Source of the DNA: an uncultured delta proteobacterium
GTDB taxonomy: Bacteria > Desulfobacterota > Binatia > Binatales > Binataceae
Direction: 5' to 3'
NCBI GenBank assembly: GCA_963808235.1
Contig: CAWEEQ010000001.1
Span: 128,001-192,000, forward strand
DNA length: 64,000 nucleotides
Notes under the pieces: model-generated
What the model saw: only the letters and a program-made list of their open reading frames with translations
The model's database searches: none
What the model was told of the DNA's origin: nothing
Translations under genes and position numbers: made by a program
In this document: piece after piece, positions 47,933 through 57,493 of the stretch
Position numbering within the stretch: the first letter of the stretch is position 1
How the letters are laid out: each line of letters starts with the position of its first letter

Positions 47933-49432
47933 ATGCTGTCCAAACTCAAGATCTGCCCCTTCTCAACTTTCCTCTTACTTTTGTTCGCGGTGTGCGTCGG
48001 TATCGAGTCCGCCGATGCAGGCCAGACCAACGTTGAGTTAGTCATCGACGATTCCGGCAGCATGGCGCAGCATGTCAGCGGCGGACGCAAAATCGACGTC
48101 GCCAAGCAGGTGTTCTCGGGCTTCGTGCAGGACCTGCCCTCCGACGCGCAGGTTGCGGTGCGGACCTACGGCCGCCGGCAGCCATCGAACAAGCGCGACT
48201 GCAGCGACATGGAGCTACTCACGCCGTTCGGACCCAATTCAGCGCAGCGAGTTCTGCCCGGCGTGAATTCGCTACGGCCTAACGGGATGACACCGATTGC
48301 CGCATCGTTGCAGGCGGCAGCCGGCGATTTTGCCGGCAAGGAAGGTCAGAACAATATCATCGTGCTTCTTACCGACGGCGAGGAAGACTGCAACGGCGAT
48401 CCGTGCGCAGCCGCCAAGGCAGCGCACGATGCGGGAGTTCATCTCCAGATCAACGTTATCGGCTTCAACGTCAAGAACACCGAACGTTCGCAGCTCCGAT
48501 GCATCGCGAAGGCCGGCGGTGGCAACTACTACGACGCGCACGATGCGGCCGAGTTGAAGGTCGCGACCTCGGAGGTCAAGCAGACGATCGTCGCGCCGAC
48601 GCCGGCACCGCCGCCTCCATCTCCGAGCGCCACCCCGACTCCTTATGTGAAGGCCGAAGAGCCGCTCGATGGCGATCCGATTCATGGCGGTGACTCCTAC
48701 GCGCAAGCGTTACCGATCCCGGTCGGCAAGCTGTTTCATCTCGATCACCCGCAACCGATGAGCCACTACGACTTCTTCTCGCTGGCAGTACGGGGCGGAC
48801 AGTCGATCGCCGTGACTGTGACCAGGAGCAAGACGCCTGGCACTCAGCCGGGAGCCAAGATAACCGACTCAAACCATCAGACCCTCGCCTATGGGGATGT
48901 CGGGACCGGGAACAAGGTCATCGTGCAGCGCGACTTTGCCGATCAGCAGGACGAAAACTATTACGTCCTGATCGGTTCCGACTACGGCCGCGAGGAGGAG
49001 CGCGACACATTCCAGGTCGATCTCGTTAACAACTACGATGCCGACTCCGATCGCGACGCGGGCGCCGATGAGTCTCGCGCGCTCGAGATCAAGCCTGGAA
49101 CCTACCCGCACAACTACTTAAGCGACGTCGACAAAGTCGATGTATTCAAGTTCAAGGCCGGCGGCGGCAAGAGCTACCAGTTCAAGGCGCGGCCGGCGAA
49201 GGCCGACGGGAGCATCGATCTCTCGGCTGTGAATGACGACGGCGTCGCGCTCGGCAGCGCAAGCTCGCCGAACAAGGGCGCTGTCGCAACGCTCGACGGA
49301 CTCAAGCTGACGAAGGACGGTTACATCTACGTAAAGGTTCAGTTCGGCGAGTGGAGTTCGCATACGGGTCACTACGGAATCGCGCTGGGCGAGGGACAAG
49401 TCGACTCGCCTCATCCGCCGCCCGAGCAATAG
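47933..49432 (+). CDS. Secreted von Willebrand factor A domain protein with Pro-rich linker and C-terminal PPC-like beta domains
   Basis: Signal peptide, MIDAS DDSGSM..T..LLTDGEE, PTPAPPPPSP linker, DVDKVDVFKF. Confidence 0.82.
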   Translation: MLSKLKICPFSTFLLLLFAVCVGIESADAGQTNVELVIDDSGSMAQHVSGGRKIDVAKQVFSGFVQDLPSDAQVAVRTYGRRQPSNKRDCSDMELLTPFGPNSAQRVLPGVNSLRPNGMTPIAASLQAAAGDFAGKEGQNNIIVLLTDGEEDCNGDPCAAAKAAHDAGVHLQINVIGFNVKNTERSQLRCIAKAGGGNYYDAHDAAELKVATSEVKQTIVAPTPAPPPPSPSATPTPYVKAEEPLDGDPIHGGDSYAQALPIPVGKLFHLDHPQPMSHYDFFSLAVRGGQSIAVTVTRSKTPGTQPGAKITDSNHQTLAYGDVGTGNKVIVQRDFADQQDENYYVLIGSDYGREEERDTFQVDLVNNYDADSDRDAGADESRALEIKPGTYPHNYLSDVDKVDVFKFKAGGGKSYQFKARPAKADGSIDLSAVNDDGVALGSASSPNKGAVATLDGLKLTKDGYIYVKVQFGEWSSHTGHYGIALGEGQVDSPHPPPEQ

Positions 49433-49440
49433 GGAGCATC

Positions 49441-52029
49441 GTGCGCCGACGTTGCGCATACGTTCTGGCTGTGCTCATCGCGCTAGCGGTTGTGTTTCCG
49501 GCCGCGGCGCAAACCGATGCCGATCCGTCGCTGTTGCGAGACCTGGCATCGCAGGATCGTGCGCATGCGGCCGACGCGCGTGAGCGCGCGAAAGTCTGGA
49601 GAGACATGGCGGCCAAGTCGAGCGCGCGCGCCGCGACGTTGACCGGATCGTTCAAGGACAGCTGGCAACAGAGCGCCGACGACGACGAGCGATCCGCCAA
49701 GAAGTATGACGACCAGGCGAACCTATGGGAGCAGACGGCCAAAGACCTGGATGCGCGGGCCGACGCGGGCGAGAAGGCGGCCGCAGCAAGGGAGGCAGCG
49801 CCCGTTCCCAGTGTCGCGACGAGTCCTCCTCCGACGACCACCGGTGGAGAGACTGCTCCCTGCGATGAGCTTTCACTAGTCGTTGGCGAATGGACTGATT
49901 CGTCGCGCAACACGACGGTGACGATCGAGCGGGCCAATCCAGGCGCCAGCGACAACGCGCTGGTGCTCAAGGGCAAGCATGGCGACTGGAAGGGAACTTA
50001 CACACCGTCGAACGGGCCGCATCCGGCGCAAGTCGTTTTTCGCCGCAACCCGAGCTGGAAGGAGATGGACCAGGCCGCGCCGCAATGGGCGCGGCAGCAG
50101 GCCGAGGGCAAGCTCGAATGGATCCTGGAACTGAATCTAGACAACGACTTGCCGACTTCGCTCAAGGGCAAGTGGTATCGCGGCCAGGTGAACTGGCAGG
50201 AGAGTGGCCCGCAGACCGCTACGGTCGCCTCGCACGTCGACGACGTGCCGATCGAATACGTCCGTCCCGCCTCGATCGATCTCGCGCTGGATAGTCATCC
50301 GGGTATCCAGGTGGTCACGCGGCGCGGATATCCGTGGCCCGCAGAATCGCTCGATCGCGACCAAGGGTTCTTCGTCGAAGTCATGATGTCTTCTGATGAC
50401 GCGCAGACGCAGGGGCGATCGCTTCCGGTCAAGATAACCGCCCGTCCCGGCGGACAGAGCGTAGTCGTGACGCTAAGCGGCGCGCCGCACAAGGGTCCGA
50501 CGGTGTATACCACCGACGCGTCGATCATTTTCCAGAAGCCGTTTGACATCGCGGGACCGAGCGACCTGGTGTACAGCCCCGCTGACAGTATCAATCTGGA
50601 AAAGTTGAACCTCAAGAGCGGCGACCTCGTGACCGTTTCGCTGGTGCCGCAGACCTGGGGAGACGTATCGACGAGTTTCCACTTCTATGACAGTTGGGTG
50701 CAGCAGGCGATCGCGCGCAATGAAGAAGCCTTCGATGAGCTTTCGGGCGTCTACCAAGTGGCTCTCGCTACATCGAGCGATGCCAGCGCGAGCTCAATTC
50801 TTAGGCGGAAGATTCAGTTCATCGAGGACGCGCGACACATCATCAACGACTACCATCCGAGCGCCGCGAAGGATCAGCTCACCGATCTGCAGCGGTACTA
50901 CGTCGGCAGGTACTACCACGACCTGCTGGTAACCGACACTTACAGCTATCGCCTCGGCGCCGGAACCAGGAACGATGCGCTTTGGCGCTCGGGTCCCTAT
51001 ACCTCCGATCGTTTCGGTATCCAGATGGTTTGTGACGGAGAGCCGACCATGGTTGCCGCTGCTTTGGAGCAGGGTAAGGAAAAGTTCAAAGAAGACTTCA
51101 TGCACGCCGTGCCGGCCGGCTTGGCGCTCGGCCTGTACCATCTCGTCGCTCAATTGACCGGAGGCAACCAGATCTGGGCCGCACTGTACGGGATCAACGA
51201 AGACGGCCAGCCGGTCGACACGACCAATCGAGTGTTCGCCGGCGTGGGCTTCGTGTCGATGGCGGTGTTCTCGGTAGCGAGCAGCAAGTATCTGACCGAT
51301 CTCAGCCCCGAATCGTCGGCTCGCAGCAGTGTTTATGAACCTGATGATCGACCGACCGCGCGCGACTTCGAAATAAATCCCGACAGCGCGGCGACGATTC
51401 GCCAGACGATCGAGGGTGGCACAAAAATAGTGGGGCGGGTCCAGGAGATCGATCAGGGGCTGGCGCAATCCATGTATGGAAGCAACGCCCGCCTCGCTCC
51501 GCTGGACCCCGGCGAACGCCCCATCCTGCAGGTCTCCAATGTCGATTGCTCGATCGAGGTGACTAGCGATCACATTTTCAAGGGAAACGGCCGGAATGTA
51601 CCGGTGGTGAAGCTTCGCCATGATGCGACCGCGGCCGGTCTCGCCGTCCCCCGAAAGGGAATGCTTCCGGAAGGATATGTGTATCTAGTCGAGAAGTTTG
51701 GTGGCCGGGCGACATTCGGCAACATGGATGTTTACACGCTGAAAAAATTGTCCGATGCGGGTTATTTCATCAACATCACGGTCGAGTGGCTCACCACCGG
51801 GTCGCGACATGCTGTCGATTTCAAGGGGTTCGTGCGCGAAGGCGGACAGGAGATGGCGGTTTGGAATGATCCGTACTTTGGGGCCAAGGTGTCGCTCCCG
51901 GTATGCGATTTCAAACGGGTGTTTCTGGTCGAAAAAGGGAAGGGCATTGTGAAGATCTCCGACTTCGGGCAGGCGCAGCCGATTCTAATCAACGGACGCA
52001 CATTTCCGCCCCTGCGCAACAAACCATGA
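49441..52029 (+). CDS. Large secreted protein with pre-toxin-TG-like segment and C-terminal C39/papain-like peptidase domain
   Basis: GTG start with GGGAG RBS, signal peptide; ALYGINEDGQPVDTTNRVFAGVG; PILQVSNVDC...HAVDFKG...WNDPYFG. Confidence 0.65.
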   Translation: MRRRCAYVLAVLIALAVVFPAAAQTDADPSLLRDLASQDRAHAADARERAKVWRDMAAKSSARAATLTGSFKDSWQQSADDDERSAKKYDDQANLWEQTAKDLDARADAGEKAAAAREAAPVPSVATSPPPTTTGGETAPCDELSLVVGEWTDSSRNTTVTIERANPGASDNALVLKGKHGDWKGTYTPSNGPHPAQVVFRRNPSWKEMDQAAPQWARQQAEGKLEWILELNLDNDLPTSLKGKWYRGQVNWQESGPQTATVASHVDDVPIEYVRPASIDLALDSHPGIQVVTRRGYPWPAESLDRDQGFFVEVMMSSDDAQTQGRSLPVKITARPGGQSVVVTLSGAPHKGPTVYTTDASIIFQKPFDIAGPSDLVYSPADSINLEKLNLKSGDLVTVSLVPQTWGDVSTSFHFYDSWVQQAIARNEEAFDELSGVYQVALATSSDASASSILRRKIQFIEDARHIINDYHPSAAKDQLTDLQRYYVGRYYHDLLVTDTYSYRLGAGTRNDALWRSGPYTSDRFGIQMVCDGEPTMVAAALEQGKEKFKEDFMHAVPAGLALGLYHLVAQLTGGNQIWAALYGINEDGQPVDTTNRVFAGVGFVSMAVFSVASSKYLTDLSPESSARSSVYEPDDRPTARDFEINPDSAATIRQTIEGGTKIVGRVQEIDQGLAQSMYGSNARLAPLDPGERPILQVSNVDCSIEVTSDHIFKGNGRNVPVVKLRHDATAAGLAVPRKGMLPEGYVYLVEKFGGRATFGNMDVYTLKKLSDAGYFINITVEWLTTGSRHAVDFKGFVREGGQEMAVWNDPYFGAKVSLPVCDFKRVFLVEKGKGIVKISDFGQAQPILINGRTFPPLRNKP

Positions 52030-53495
52030 CGGCCCCGCTGCGCAAACCTGCTTCGCGTAAGCCGAGGCGGCGGAACATCTCGCGCGAGATTGGTATCGCG
52101 CTTCTGATCGTCGCTGCGGCATCGCCGGTGTCGCACGGGATCGCCGCGCCGTCGCCCACGCCCGCGCCACTTACGAAGCAGGAGCAAGATGCGTTCGCGC
52201 AGCAGGACAAGCTCGCCCCGCAGATTCATCAGCGCGCTACCCAGGAAGTCGCCGAATTTGAATCGCAACTGAATACGCTGGGCTCAACGATACGGCAGGA
52301 ACTGGTGGGAAAGCAGTTCCAAACTGCCGGCGACGATGGCCGCGGCTGTAGCATCGTGGCGCAGGACCCCAGCAATTGCCCACAGAATCCATGTTCTTTC
52401 AGCACGCTCGGCGCGCAAGACTTCGACGCGTGGTGGCAGTTGCGGCTAAAGGACTTCCACGCGATGCAGGCGCTGTTGAACACCGACTTCAGTGCGTGGT
52501 CGGATGAACGTGGCCGATGGCGAACCAAGATCGAGCGGGATGAGAGCAACCCGCAAATTCACGCCCAAGACCTCAAGGTCTGGCTGAAGCGCGCCAACGC
52601 CTTTTACCTCGAGAACTACCAGATAGTTGCGTGGGCCGGGAACTTCGTCTGGGAGATGCACGTCGCCGAGACGACGGGCCTCGGCATCTTTGGCGGTCAG
52701 ACGCTCATCGAGAGTCCGAACGGCAAGGGAGGCTCGAGTTTCAAGGCGGCTGTTCCGGCGTTCGGAGGCGTGCTCCAGCAGACTGCGGTCCAGGGCGACG
52801 TTCAACTCGAATCGCTTTACCAGGAAGTCGCGGCGCGTGGGTGCGACATGATCAAGGCGGTCGACCAGCGGATGAAGATCACGCAGATGTCGCCCGAGCT
52901 TAAGCAGGCCGAGGTCGCCGTCGACAAGACGACTTCGGTCTACCAACAGGTTCGGGTCAAGTGCAGAGACGCCCAGGATGCCAACCGCGACGCATTTCAC
53001 GATCGACTGCTTGCGAGTCGCGATCAGTTAACGCAGGCGCGCGATGCGTTGCGTGCCAAGCTTGGCCAGTGGCGATCGTTCTGCATCACAAGTCACATGT
53101 ACATAGGCGAGGGCGATGCCGCGATATACGAGGTCTATCGCGACGGCAAGGAGGCCTCGCTCGATTCGCTCGGGAGCGGATACCTGGCCTTTTCCGATCC
53201 CGGAGGGTGGGGCGGTCCGCCGGAGGCGCCGACGGTGCACCCGCAAATGAGCAACACACGGGCCGGTGCGCTGCCCACCGGCGTCAGCTTACAGGCGAAC
53301 CCTTCATACAACTGTTACTCGCCAAGCATCGCGTGGCCCACCGGCTTGACATCCGTTGCCTACGACGACAAGACGCCTGTAGCGAAGTTCCCCGACGTTG
53401 AACCGAGGCCGTTCGAATTCGTCGCGAAGCTTCCCGAAACGCCTCAGGTAGTCAAGGGAGCGGCGCCGGGTGCCAGCGACATCGAGTCGCCCTGA
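52026..53495 (+). CDS. Secreted hypothetical protein
   Basis: ATGA coupling to the upstream gene; basic plus hydrophobic N-terminus; helical core with several Cys. Confidence 0.65.
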   Translation: MTAPLRKPASRKPRRRNISREIGIALLIVAAASPVSHGIAAPSPTPAPLTKQEQDAFAQQDKLAPQIHQRATQEVAEFESQLNTLGSTIRQELVGKQFQTAGDDGRGCSIVAQDPSNCPQNPCSFSTLGAQDFDAWWQLRLKDFHAMQALLNTDFSAWSDERGRWRTKIERDESNPQIHAQDLKVWLKRANAFYLENYQIVAWAGNFVWEMHVAETTGLGIFGGQTLIESPNGKGGSSFKAAVPAFGGVLQQTAVQGDVQLESLYQEVAARGCDMIKAVDQRMKITQMSPELKQAEVAVDKTTSVYQQVRVKCRDAQDANRDAFHDRLLASRDQLTQARDALRAKLGQWRSFCITSHMYIGEGDAAIYEVYRDGKEASLDSLGSGYLAFSDPGGWGGPPEAPTVHPQMSNTRAGALPTGVSLQANPSYNCYSPSIAWPTGLTSVAYDDKTPVAKFPDVEPRPFEFVAKLPETPQVVKGAAPGASDIESP

Positions 53496-53526
53496 TCCGC
53501 CTCCGGCGCCGCTCGACGTCTTAGCC

Positions 53527-54279
53527 TTAGTGCAAGCCGCCGGAAGCGCTGATTCGTTCGCCTGTCAGCCACGCCGCATCGTCTGAGGCGAGAAAAACAA
53601 TAACTGGTGCGATTTCTTCCGGCTTGCCAAATCTCGCGGCCAGGGGCGTAGCTGCAGCTCCCGCATTTCCGCCTTCACTGCCGACAAAGCCGCTGTCCCG
53701 GTTGCCCTCCGTATCGACCATCCCCGGAGCTACGACATTGACCCGGATGTTCCGCGGTCCCAGTTCTTTAGCAAACGCCATCGAGATTGAATCAATCGCG
53801 CCCTTGGTGCCTGAATAGAGCGCCGAATTCGGCACCGGGTTGGCGCTTGCGATCGAGCTGATATTGACGATGCTGCCGCCGGTGCGCGGGAAATAATTGA
53901 GCGCCTCCTGGGTCGCGAGAATCGTCCCCAGTACATTTATATCGAACTCGCGATGGAACTCCTTCTCCGTGATCGCTTCAATCGAGTCGAACTGAAAGAC
54001 ACCGGCGTTGTTCACGAGCACGTCGACCGAGCCCAGAGCCTCCTTCGTCTCCTCGAACATCCGCTTTACGTCGGCCGCTTTGGAAACGTCAGCCTGAATC
54101 GCGATCGCCATGCCGCCATCGCGTCTGATCTGCGACACGACGCGCTCCGCTCCTTCTTTGCCCGAGGAATAGTTGACTGCGACTGCCGCTCCTTCGGCCG
54201 CGAGCGCTTTTGCCGCCGCCGCTCCGATTCCCTTCGATGCTCCAGTTACGATTGCCACCTTGCCAGCTAATTTATTCAT
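53527..54279 (-). CDS. Short-chain dehydrogenase/reductase
   Basis: TGASKGIG, NNAG, YSGTK, VNVVAPG. Confidence 0.92.
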   Translation of the reverse strand: MNKLAGKVAIVTGASKGIGAAAAKALAAEGAAVAVNYSSGKEGAERVVSQIRRDGGMAIAIQADVSKAADVKRMFEETKEALGSVDVLVNNAGVFQFDSIEAITEKEFHREFDINVLGTILATQEALNYFPRTGGSIVNISSIASANPVPNSALYSGTKGAIDSISMAFAKELGPRNIRVNVVAPGMVDTEGNRDSGFVGSEGGNAGAAATPLAARFGKPEEIAPVIVFLASDDAAWLTGERISASGGLH

Positions 54280-54326
54280 CTCGATATCTCTCCAGTTCAA
54301 AATTGGATTGATGTTGCACTTGTCCT

Positions 54327-54881
54327 TTACGCGATCCTTCTGTCCGCCCCGGAAGGCATTTCGCTTGAAGCAGCGGCGGATAGAGTCGTTTCCCGATATT
54401 GGGCCAATGAGACTCTCAATAAGTCCTGTTTCAGCAGATAGAAAGACACGGCGAGGAGGACGAAGTCTTTCATTAGAAATGCCACGTTCTCCGTCATTGC
54501 TGGAAAGCCACCGGCAGACGCGGCCCAGCCATCCGGGAAGAACGGAATGATCGTTGTGGTCGACACGAATGAAGCACATCCACCGAGGGCACCAAGAACT
54601 CCAGCCGTCTTGTTCCAGAATCCCCAGAATAGGAGTGCGCCAAACAACCACTCCGAAACCCCCAGGAACCAGGTGGCTCCCCGGATGCCGAAGACGGGGT
54701 ACATCCAGAAAATCAGAGGCCCGTTACTGATGTACGGAACGAGCGCCTGGGCCTCATACTCGAACCACTTCTGATATCCAAAGAAAAGGAATATCAGGAC
54801 CATCGACGCCCGGAGCACGTGATAGTCGATTTCGCTGCGAAGGGTCCCGAACCTGTCGCACAATTTGATGAGATAGTTCAT
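54327..54881 (-). CDS. DUF417 (YkgB/RclC-like) membrane protein
   Basis: FGYQKWFEYEAQAL.PYI.NGP, LGVSEW, FLMKD. Confidence 0.8.
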   Translation of the reverse strand: MNYLIKLCDRFGTLRSEIDYHVLRASMVLIFLFFGYQKWFEYEAQALVPYISNGPLIFWMYPVFGIRGATWFLGVSEWLFGALLFWGFWNKTAGVLGALGGCASFVSTTTIIPFFPDGWAASAGGFPAMTENVAFLMKDFVLLAVSFYLLKQDLLRVSLAQYRETTLSAAASSEMPSGADRRIA

Positions 54882-54902
54882 TGGTTCGCTTCTCCTTGAG
54901 GC

Positions 54903-56291
54903 TCATCGAGCTGGAACTTTAATCAGTAGTTGAGCCAATCCCTCGGACATTGTTGGGTGCGTCAAAATCGCGTCGCGAAGAACCGTGTAAGGCAGGTGGC
55001 CGAGCATCGCGGTTTGCATCGCGACCATCAGCTCGCTCGCTTCGAATCCGAAAGCGGTGAAGCCGAGAATCTCGTCGCTGTCTTTGGCAACCAGCGCCTT
55101 CATGAAGCCGCGCTGCTCGGAAATCGTTTTTGTGCGCAGTATTTCGGCCATCGGCAACTTCGCCATCCGATATTTGATGCCGTCGTGACGCGCTTCGACT
55201 TCGTTCTTTCCGACACGCGCCAGTTCCGGATCGGTGAACATGCAAAAGGGAATCAGGCGATCGCGGTTGGTGCGATTGCCGCCGTTCAGGTTCGTGTGAA
55301 CGATGTTGTAGTCGTCGAGGCCGACGTGTGTGAATTGAGGACTGCCCGCGCAATCGCCCATCGCCCAGATGTTTTCCGCGGTGGTTTCCAGCCGCTCATT
55401 GGTCTTGATGTAACCGTGCTCGTCGAGCTGAACGCCGGTTTTATCCAGACCGATTCCGTCGCTGTTTGCCTTGCGGCCGGTCGCGACCAGAAGATCCGTG
55501 CCCTCGATAGCGCGATCGCCGCGCGAGTCATTGACGTACACTCGAACGCGATCGCCTGAATGTCTTTCGACGCGGCGCGTCGTGGCATCCAGCACGACCT
55601 CGATTCCCTCATCGACAAGCAAGTCCTTGAGGGCTGCCGCGACATCGAGATCTTCCCGGTTCGCGAGTTGAGCGCCGTGCTCGATCACGGTCACATCCGA
55701 ACCGAATCGACGAAACGCCTGCGATAGTTCGAGGCCGACGTACCCGCCACCGAGCACGATCAAATGCCTGGGCAAGCGATCGAGCTCCAGCGCCTCGACA
55801 TGCGTCATTGGCGTAGCCTCGGCCAGGCCGGGCACTTGCGGAATTGCTGCGCGCGAACCGAGGTCGAGAAAGACGCGGTCTCCCTGGATGGTTCTCGTAC
55901 CGCCATCGCGCAGCTCGATCTCCACTGTGCGGGGAGCGACGAATCGCGCAGCGCCATAGATCAATTCCGCGCCGCTGGCCTCGGTGAGCTCCTCGTGTGC
56001 CTTGCGCAGCTCTCGGACCATCGTGCGCTTGCGGCGCTGGACGGCGGTCATGTCGACGCTCAAGGAATCAGTCTTGAGGCCGAACTCGATGCCGCGCCGG
56101 GCCAGGGAGATTACCTTGGCGGACCAGATCAGGTTCTTGCTTGGCAGGCAGGCGACGTTGGGACAGGCGCCACCGAGCAGCCCGCGCTCTACAACTGCCG
56201 TTCGACGACGGCTATCGCGGGTCCATGCGGCAAATTTCCCGGCGATTCCGCTGCCGATAATGAGGTCGTCATACTTCTCAACGCTGGCCAT
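54903..56291 (-). CDS. Pyridine nucleotide-disulfide oxidoreductase (RclA-like)
   Basis: GSGIAG, GGACPNVACLPSK, GGGYVGLE, C-terminal HPTMSE; no terminal Cys-Cys. Confidence 0.85.
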   Translation of the reverse strand: MASVEKYDDLIIGSGIAGKFAAWTRDSRRRTAVVERGLLGGACPNVACLPSKNLIWSAKVISLARRGIEFGLKTDSLSVDMTAVQRRKRTMVRELRKAHEELTEASGAELIYGAARFVAPRTVEIELRDGGTRTIQGDRVFLDLGSRAAIPQVPGLAEATPMTHVEALELDRLPRHLIVLGGGYVGLELSQAFRRFGSDVTVIEHGAQLANREDLDVAAALKDLLVDEGIEVVLDATTRRVERHSGDRVRVYVNDSRGDRAIEGTDLLVATGRKANSDGIGLDKTGVQLDEHGYIKTNERLETTAENIWAMGDCAGSPQFTHVGLDDYNIVHTNLNGGNRTNRDRLIPFCMFTDPELARVGKNEVEARHDGIKYRMAKLPMAEILRTKTISEQRGFMKALVAKDSDEILGFTAFGFEASELMVAMQTAMLGHLPYTVLRDAILTHPTMSEGLAQLLIKVPAR

Positions 56292-56871
56292 TTGATTCGC
56301 CTCCCTGACCGGATCTCTCGCGAGATTCGTGTTGCGGAAAGTCGATTGGGACGCGCGCGATGTGGCTCATGTAATTCTCGAAGATATTCAGCGCGACGTT
56401 GGCGACCGTCTCGACGATTTCGCCGTCGCTCAAACCGACGGCACGAGCGCGCGCGAGATCCGCGTCAGTGAGTTCACCACGCTGAACGACGATGCTGCGC
56501 GCGAGTTTGAGGATGGCATCGGTCCTCGCATTGGTCGCGCTCGCGCGAATCGCATCGTCGATTTCAACTCGACTCAGCCCGATTTTCGTGGCTATAGCTG
56601 TGTGCCCGCTCAAGCAGTAAGCGCAAAGGTTGCTCTCGGCGATGGCGAGCGCGAGTTGCTCGCGAGTTTTTTCGTCCAGGGTTCCGCGAGCAAGCGCCGC
56701 ACTCAAACCCATGAGACCTTCAAGCGCCGCCGGCGCAGTCGCAAAAACGCGAAACAGGTTCGGCACCAGCGCGAATTTCGCTCGTATCTCCGCGAAGAGT
56801 CGCGTGATCGCGCCGGTTGCATGATCGGGATCGAGTGGCTGGATGCGATTCTGGTCTCTGGATGCGCTCAT
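56278..56871 (-). CDS. AhpD/carboxymuconolactone decarboxylase-family peroxidase-like protein
   Basis: VPNLF, REQLALA..NLCAYCLSGH, P.IDFP. Confidence 0.85.
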   Translation of the reverse strand: MSASRDQNRIQPLDPDHATGAITRLFAEIRAKFALVPNLFRVFATAPAALEGLMGLSAALARGTLDEKTREQLALAIAESNLCAYCLSGHTAIATKIGLSRVEIDDAIRASATNARTDAILKLARSIVVQRGELTDADLARARAVGLSDGEIVETVANVALNIFENYMSHIARVPIDFPQHESRERSGQGGESNGQR

Positions 56872-56905
56872 CGTCGCGCCTCTCGGCTGATTGCTCGAGA
56901 TCCAA

Positions 56906-56922
56906 CACAACTCTCGTGCCAA
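56906..56922 (-). promoter_or_regulatory. Probable sigma54 promoter of the AhpD-oxidoreductase operon
   Basis: Minus strand TTGGCACGAGAGTTGTG (TGGCACG-N4-TTGT), ~35 bp upstream of the start; divergent bEBP gene nearby. Confidence 0.6.
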
Positions 56923-56987
56923 GCGGCGCGTTGCCGAAAAGCGCGTCAGAGCGGAGAGTTAAGGGTGGCTAGCGAAAAGCGCTGGAC

Positions 56988-57019
56988 TACGAAGAATCGT
57001 AAAATTACGATTGTTCATA
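56988..57019. promoter_or_regulatory. Candidate enhancer (UAS) palindromes
   Basis: TACGAAGAATCGTA, AATCGTAA-aa-TTACGATT, TACGATTGTTCATA, 70-100 bp upstream of the sigma54 site. Confidence 0.45.
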
Positions 57020-57032
57020 AGGGTCGTGACTG

Positions 57033-57368
57033 ATGTTCCCCGTATTTCCAATATGGTTGGTATTGCTCGTGTTTGGGTTGCCTGCCAGCCTGCTCGGGGT
57101 CGTGGCCGGCGGTGTTGCATGTTTAATTCTGCGGCAGCATTGGAGCGTCAGAGCGGCTGTAATAGATGCAGTGCTCGCTTTTGTGGTCTGGTTTTTTTCT
57201 GCGTGCACGATCGTGGATGTGGATATGGCCCTGGGCACTTTGCAACGCGGTGCAGGGAGCGGTAAGTGGCTAGCCTATACTATCTCGACGGCGAGCGTTG
57301 TGGTGAGGCAGCTCATACCTCGATACTTCACTGTGCGAATCAGTAAGGTCCACCGAAGCATTACTTGA
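57033..57368 (+). CDS. Small membrane protein (about 3 TM)
   Basis: Hydrophobic 111-aa ORF between the UAS and the activator. Confidence 0.4.
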   Translation: MFPVFPIWLVLLVFGLPASLLGVVAGGVACLILRQHWSVRAAVIDAVLAFVVWFFSACTIVDVDMALGTLQRGAGSGKWLAYTISTASVVVRQLIPRYFTVRISKVHRSIT

Positions 57369-57493
57369 TCACTCGTTCTGATCCGTCGAGCATCGATAGA
57401 AGGTAGGTCAGCGATTGTCATACGCATCGGTAAACATTTGCGATCGGCGACCGCCCCGCCGCGAGAGTTTGTGATTGCTCGGACGGTGATGCG

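Noticed and set aside
54903-56291. Mercuric reductase MerA
   Set aside because: No C-terminal Cys-Cys pair, no N-terminal HMA domain and no mer genes; ends in HPTMSE
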